64,000 nt of DNA from Mycobacterium sp. (GTDB taxonomy: Bacteria; Actinomycetota; Actinomycetes; Mycobacteriales; Mycobacteriaceae), in assembly GCA_031292695.1 (NCBI GenBank), contig JARLGS010000203.1, positions 151 through 64,150 of the forward strand, given 5' to 3'. Numbering within the stretch: position 1 is the first letter of the stretch; every line of letters starts with the position of its first letter. Under the pieces are notes generated by a model. That model was not told the DNA's origin, made no database searches, and saw nothing but the letters and a program-made list of their open reading frames with translations. Positions 58,884 to 64,000 of the stretch are shown here, piece after piece. The position numbers and the translations under genes were made by a program.

Positions 58884-59285
58884 ATGATGCAGCAGCGATC
58901 CGTCTCTCATCACACGCTGGGGAAGTCGCTAGCGCGCGTGCTATTCGCGTTTGCGGGGCTATTTGGTGTCGCGGCAGTGTTGGTTACACCATGTGCGCGC
59001 GCAGATGTGGTGGCCTACCTGGTCAATGTCACAGTGCGGCTCGGCTACAACTTCGCCAACGCTGACGCCGCCTTGAGCTACGGATACGGCATCTGCGACG
59101 AGGTATCTCAGGGCCGCACCTATCCACAGGTCATGGGCGACGTGAAGGCCGATTTCAACACCTCCGACGAATACCAGGCCTCGTATCTGATCACGCAGGC
59201 GGTCAACGAACTTTGCTCCGCGCTGATCTGGCAGTTGCGGAACTCGGCTGCGCACTACCGCCGACCGGTCACCGCCGGCGGCTGA
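58884..59285 (+). CDS. Secreted DUF732 protein (Rv1974-like), intact
   Basis: ARADVVAYLVNVTVR, YGYGICD, AVNELC, WQLRNSA. Confidence 0.8.
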   Translation: MMQQRSVSHHTLGKSLARVLFAFAGLFGVAAVLVTPCARADVVAYLVNVTVRLGYNFANADAALSYGYGICDEVSQGRTYPQVMGDVKADFNTSDEYQASYLITQAVNELCSALIWQLRNSAAHYRRPVTAGG

Positions 59286-59302
59286 TGGAAAGGAAAACTG
59301 AC

Positions 59303-59969
59303 ATGCAGCATCGACAGCTGACCCTGTCCGCTTTGCTCGCTATGGCCGCGGGCACGGTCCTGGGTATGCCCGCCGCGTGCGCCGACAATAAGCGGCTCAA
59401 TGACGGCGTGGTCGCCAATGTGTACACCGTTCAACATCAGGCCGGCTGCGCCAACGACGTCAAGGTCAGCCCGCAACTGCAACTGGCCGCCCAATGGCAC
59501 ACCCTCGATGTGCTGAACAACCGAAACCTCGACGGCGACATCGGTTCTGACGGGTCCACCGCACAAGGCCGCGCCAACGTAGCCGGCTACAAGGGACGAG
59601 TGGCCGAAACGGTGGCGATCAACCCAGCCGTGGCAAATCAGCGGCGTCGAGCTGATGAACCAGTGGTATTACAACCCCGCGTATTTCGCGATCATGTCCG
59701 ATTGCGCTAACAATCAAATCGGGGTGTGGTCAGAAAACAACCCGGATCGCACCGTCGTGGTGGCCGTCTACGGGCAGTCTGAGAGACCACCCCAGAGCAC
59801 AGCGATTGGACAGCAAACGGGGCCTCCGCCTGCGGTAGTCCTGCCGGAGAATTTTCCGATCGACCCCAGCCCCGACTACGACGCGAGCGACGAGATCGAA
59901 TACGGCATCAGCTGGCTACCGTGGATCCTGCGCGGCGTGTACCCACCGCCCGGCATGCCGCCACAATAA
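59303..59969 (+). pseudogene. CAP-domain gene copy with a +1 frameshift
   Basis: GTGGCAAATC at 59630-59639 versus GTGGCGATC in copy 1. Confidence 0.8.
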
Positions 59970-59973
59970 AGCC

Positions 59974-59996
59974 ACTACCGCCCGGCGGGCGGTAGT
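59974..59996 (+). terminator. Hairpin after the CAP copy (putative I-shaped terminator)
   Basis: ACTACCGCCC-GGC-GGGCGGTAGT perfect 10-bp stem with no U-tract. Confidence 0.5.
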
Positions 59997-60113
59997 AAGG
60001 TGAATAGCTGCGTCGAAGGCATCTGTGATGGGAATGTTGGCACCGGATCGGACGGATCATCGGTCGGATCAGATCCGGCCAGCCCGCGCGGCGCGCATGT
60101 GGGTGGCATAGCC

Positions 60114-63100
60114 GTGGCCAATCCCGACGACACGCAACGCAGGCTCGCGACCGGAGTCGTCGCCGAGCTCGAGGCGGAGGGCTACCAGGACGCGGAGCCG
60201 GTGGGGCGCGGCGGGTTCGGAGTCGTATATCGCTGCAACGAGCCATCACTCGACCGGGTCGTCGCGATCAAGGTGCTCAGCTCCGATCAGGACGACCTCG
60301 ACTTGGAACGCTTTGCGCTTGAGCAGCGGGCCATGGGACGAGTCTCGGGCCACCCGAACATCGTGCCGGTGTTGCACAGCGGCCTAACCTTCACCGGACG
60401 TCCGTACATCGTGATGCCCTATCACAGTCGGAACACGCTGGACTCCTGGATCAAGGGTCATGGACCGCTTGCAATCGGGGAGGCGTTGACGGTAGGGGTG
60501 CGACTCGCGGGCGCTCTGGAGACCGCTCACCGCGCGGGTGTTCTTCATCGTGATGTCAAGCCCTCCAACGTCTTGCTCACCACCTACGGCGAACCGCAAC
60601 TCAGCGATTTCGGCATTGCGCGCGTCACGGGCACCGGTGAGACCGCCGCCAACATGCTCGTCGGATCTCCGCCCTACGTCGCGCCGGAGCTGTTCGAGGG
60701 TCACGCCGCCTCGATCGCCGCCGACGTCTACAGCTTGGCGGCCACGGTCTTTGCGCTGCTTTGCGGTGAACCGCCATTTCCCTTTCGATCAGGCGAGAAC
60801 ATCATTGCGTTTGCTCGTCGCGTGACGGCGGGGCCGATACCCGATCTCCGCACGAAAGGCGTCTCCGACCCGATCTGCTCGGCACTAGAGCTCGGGTTGA
60901 ATATCGATCCCGCACGCCGCCCAAGCTCTGCGGCAGCGTTTGGTGAGGTTCTGCGCGCAGCCGGCGGCCATGTCGGGCTAAATATCGCTGAGGTCCCGCT
61001 GGAGTTACCGGCACCGCCGACCGACGCCGATGAAGCGTCCCGCCCCACCTCGGCGTCGGAACCGATCGGGCATTCGGTGCCTCTCGGATTACGGTCGGAC
61101 GGGTCCGGCCCCACCCGGCGAGCGAACTACCCGCCGAGCGCACCGACGCGGTTTCGACCGCCGACATTCAATCGCGCGACGGTGCAAAGGCGACGAATCC
61201 TTGATCGCCTCAGCTCGGGCCGAAGACCAAAACTGGTCCTCATTCACGCACCCGCCGGGTACGGCAAAAGTACCCTGGCCGCACAGTGGACCGAAGCCCT
61301 CACCGGACAGGGTCTGAAAACCGCTTGGTTGGCTGTCGATAGCGACGACAACAACACGGTCTGGTTTATCGCCCACCTGATTGAGGCGATTCGGCGCACC
61401 ATGCCAGACCTCGCAGACACGCTGCAACAAGAATTCGAAGGGCGTTTGGAAAATACGCAACAATATGTCCTCAACGCTTTGATCAATTGCCTGCATTCCG
61501 AAAAACAAACCCTTGCGCTGGTAATCGAGGACTGGCATCGCGTAGACAACACTGATACCAGGGACGCTCTCGCCTATCTGATTGAGAATTGTTGCCATCA
61601 CCTACATTTGATTGTCACCAGCCGGGCAGGCGCCGGACTTCCTCTCACTACGTTGCGAGTTCAGGGTGAGCTCATCGATATCGACGCGACGCTCCTCAAG
61701 TTCGATAAGGCCGAATCCCGCGCGCTGCTGGTCGATCAGTGTGGCCTCGACCTCTCAACCGTCGACGTGGCCGAACTCGAGGAATTGACTGATGGGTGGG
61801 CGGCCGCGCTGCAGCTGGCATCGCTTTCGCTTCGTGAAAACGCCGATCCGGCAGCGCTCATCGAGCATCTGTCCGGTCGGGACAAAGCAATAGGCGACTA
61901 CTTGGCGTCGAACGTCCTGGACAGCCTCGAACCGGAGCTACTCGATTTCCTGCTTTCGACCTGCGTAACCAAACAGATCTGCGGCGGATTGGCCACGGCG
62001 CTCACCGGCGACCGACGCAGCCGAAGCATCCTCGAAGAGATCGAAAAACGTGATCTCTTTCTGCGGAGGACCGACGCCGAGGGATCGTGGTTCCAATACC
62101 ATCATCTTTTCGCCGACTACCTTCTACACCGCCTCGAGCGCGACGCGGAAGACCGCATCCCAGATCTGCACCTTAGAGCTGCACAGTGGTTTTCCGAACA
62201 TCAGATGCTCAGCCAGGCGGTCGATCACTTGATCCGCGCCGGCGACGCACCGCAGGCGGTTGATGTCGTCGAGCAGGCTGCTCCAGGCCTGAACGAGCAG
62301 TCACAGATGAGCATGCTCATTGGGCTTGCGGCCAAGCTGCCGGTGCAACTCGTGGATGCGCGCCCACGGCTGCAGGTGGACCTTGCTTGGGCAAACGTCG
62401 TGTTGCACCGCCCTGCGGCGGTGCAGGACGCGCTTCGGTTGGCTGAAATCGGCATAGACTCGATTCCGGCGGCTGACCAAGCCGACGACCTGCGCGCCGA
62501 GATGGACCTAATTCGCGCAGTACTCGCCGATTTCGAGGACCGTCCCGATACCTCCGCCGCCGCCGATGCCGTTCAGGCTTGTGTCGACAGGGCAGACACT
62601 CTTCGTCCGTGGATTCTCTGCCGGGCAGCCGATGTCGCCTCATCTCGTGCGATCCGGGCGTTCGACTTCGATGACGCGCTTCGCTGGCAGAGGTGGGGAC
62701 GCCAATACCATCAAAGGATCTCCGGGGCCCTGAGCGCTAGCTACGGATACTGTTTTGCGGCGATCGCCGCGAACGAGCAGCTCGACGTCGCCGGCGCCGA
62801 AGCGCACCTGCGACACGCAAGGCGAATCGCGCAGCTGCCCTCCGGACGCCCAACCTACGTCGCAAAGCTCGCCGGGTCCTTGTTGGGCGAGCTGCTCTAC
62901 GAACGCGGCCAACTCGACGAGGCGGAGGCATTGCTCGACAATGCCTACGAACTCGGCGCCGAAGGCGGACTCGTCGACTTCATGCTCGCGGCATTCGGGA
63001 CCGGGGCGCGCCTGAAATTTGCCCGTGGTGACAAGGCGGCCGCCGACCGCCGACTTGCCGAGGGTCTCGAGATCGCCAGGCAACTACGACTGCCGCGACT

Positions 63101-63614
63101 CGAGGCGCGCCTGGTTAACGAACAGGTCCGACTCGCCGCGTTGTCGAGCGGACAGATCGAGGAGTCGCTCGCGCAGCGAATAACGGGTCAGGGGACACAA
63201 ACTCTCGATGGAATCGGTAATACCACAGCCGAATTCAAGGAGGATGCACAAATCAGACTGCTCCTCGTCCACGGGCAGTCGTCAACGATCGGCGCGGCCT
63301 GCGATCGAGCGGGCGCTCGTCGTGACCACCTCGACCAACGCAAGCGCCCGCGTGCCTACCTTCAGGCCACGCTCCAGTACGCGCTGTGCCTCGCCATCGC
63401 CGGCAATAGCGACGAAGCGCAGCGCGTCCTGGCGCCAGCGTTGAGAACCTGTGCGGCGCTTGGGCTTAGCCGATTGCTGATCGACGAGGGGCCTCAGATG
63501 CTTCTCCTTGCGACGGATACCGTGGTAGCAGACGAGTTCACTGCAGCCGACCCGACGACGTCGGCGAATGTTCGCGAATTCGTGTTGAGTCTGGCTGCGA
63601 CGTCGACCGTGTAG
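60114..63614 (+). CDS. pknK: PknK-like Ser/Thr kinase fused to a MalT/LAL-type ATPase-TPR region
   Basis: GRGGFGVV, VAIK, HRDVKPSN, DFG, APE. PTRFRPP, APAGYGKS Walker A, IEDWH, TDGWAAALQL, YHHLFA. No C-terminal HTH. Confidence 0.88.
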   Translation: MANPDDTQRRLATGVVAELEAEGYQDAEPVGRGGFGVVYRCNEPSLDRVVAIKVLSSDQDDLDLERFALEQRAMGRVSGHPNIVPVLHSGLTFTGRPYIVMPYHSRNTLDSWIKGHGPLAIGEALTVGVRLAGALETAHRAGVLHRDVKPSNVLLTTYGEPQLSDFGIARVTGTGETAANMLVGSPPYVAPELFEGHAASIAADVYSLAATVFALLCGEPPFPFRSGENIIAFARRVTAGPIPDLRTKGVSDPICSALELGLNIDPARRPSSAAAFGEVLRAAGGHVGLNIAEVPLELPAPPTDADEASRPTSASEPIGHSVPLGLRSDGSGPTRRANYPPSAPTRFRPPTFNRATVQRRRILDRLSSGRRPKLVLIHAPAGYGKSTLAAQWTEALTGQGLKTAWLAVDSDDNNTVWFIAHLIEAIRRTMPDLADTLQQEFEGRLENTQQYVLNALINCLHSEKQTLALVIEDWHRVDNTDTRDALAYLIENCCHHLHLIVTSRAGAGLPLTTLRVQGELIDIDATLLKFDKAESRALLVDQCGLDLSTVDVAELEELTDGWAAALQLASLSLRENADPAALIEHLSGRDKAIGDYLASNVLDSLEPELLDFLLSTCVTKQICGGLATALTGDRRSRSILEEIEKRDLFLRRTDAEGSWFQYHHLFADYLLHRLERDAEDRIPDLHLRAAQWFSEHQMLSQAVDHLIRAGDAPQAVDVVEQAAPGLNEQSQMSMLIGLAAKLPVQLVDARPRLQVDLAWANVVLHRPAAVQDALRLAEIGIDSIPAADQADDLRAEMDLIRAVLADFEDRPDTSAAADAVQACVDRADTLRPWILCRAADVASSRAIRAFDFDDALRWQRWGRQYHQRISGALSASYGYCFAAIAANEQLDVAGAEAHLRHARRIAQLPSGRPTYVAKLAGSLLGELLYERGQLDEAEALLDNAYELGAEGGLVDFMLAAFGTGARLKFARGDKAAADRRLAEGLEIARQLRLPRLEARLVNEQVRLAALSSGQIEESLAQRITGQGTQTLDGIGNTTAEFKEDAQIRLLLVHGQSSTIGAACDRAGARRDHLDQRKRPRAYLQATLQYALCLAIAGNSDEAQRVLAPALRTCAALGLSRLLIDEGPQMLLLATDTVVADEFTAADPTTSANVREFVLSLAATSTV

Positions 63615-63753
63615 ACCGGCCGCTACGATTCCCCCGGATGGGATAGCCGATGCCCACATCGAGGGCTTTGTCGCCGCACACGCAGCGATGCCGTCAACTC
63701 AGGTGAAGGATGAAGGCACCAGCCTCAACAATCATTCCCTGACGGAGTTTGAA

Positions 63754-64000
63754 ATGCCCGTTCACCAAACCACTGATCCGGTCACGCTGCAGGCGTACCC
63801 GGCCCGCTACCTTGCCGCCTGGAGTCAGCGCGATATCGATACGGCTCTCGATGTGGTGGCAACGGAACTGCATTGGGCAGACCCTTCCCTCCCGGCGCCG
63901 ATGACGACGCGCGCCGAAGCTCGCGGCTTCTTCACCGCCACTTGGCAAGGCTTTCCGGATCTGACAATGCAGCCGGTCGGGAGTCCGCTGGTCGACGCCG
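63754..64000 (+). CDS. SnoaL/NTF2-like (ester cyclase) protein, runs off the right edge
   Basis: ATG 63754 after GGAG: ..RYLAAWSQRDID..HWADP..FFTATWQGFPDL. Confidence 0.75.
   Translation, partial: MPVHQTTDPVTLQAYPARYLAAWSQRDIDTALDVVATELHWADPSLPAPMTTRAEARGFFTATWQGFPDLTMQPVGSPLVDA

Larger units (their letters stand above)
58636..59969 (+). repeat. Diverged second copy of 53970-55011 (Mam 3' end, DUF732, CAP)
   Basis: Colinear similarity. Junction with the GntR copy at 58635/58636. Confidence 0.9.

Noticed and set aside
60040-60080. Cluster of GGATC/GATC repeats upstream of pknK
   Set aside because: Short, irregularly spaced and not found at other promoters, so it cannot be distinguished from chance.

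Overview
High-GC actinobacterial DNA, almost certainly Mycobacterium/Mycolicibacterium (mce operon, MIRU element, PknK, scoAB-accD1). The window is an accessory lipid/aromatic catabolic island. It carries aryl-alcohol dehydrogenase, PlsC/PlsB acyltransferases, a BadI/AliA/BadH-like CoA pathway with further beta-oxidation enzymes, two translationally coupled GAF-LuxR pairs around a ferredoxin, nicotinoprotein ADH and P450, and a p-cumate-like Rieske dioxygenase/meta-cleavage operon with non-canonical ring-cleavage and decarboxylase enzymes. An mce3-like importer operon and a PknK-like kinase follow. A recurring TGGT-N3-ACCA (FadR/PdhR-type) operator links at least seven sites. The island is heavily rearranged: an intact IS1634-family element, a captured scoA-MIRU-scoB-accD1' fragment with its BkaR operator inside a split acyl-CoA synthetase, a frameshifted acyl-CoA dehydrogenase, and a collapsed, diverged second copy of the 40-55 kb block at 57.5-60 kb. 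No rRNA, tRNA or CRISPR array was seen. All functional calls come from motif recognition by eye; no database searches were run.
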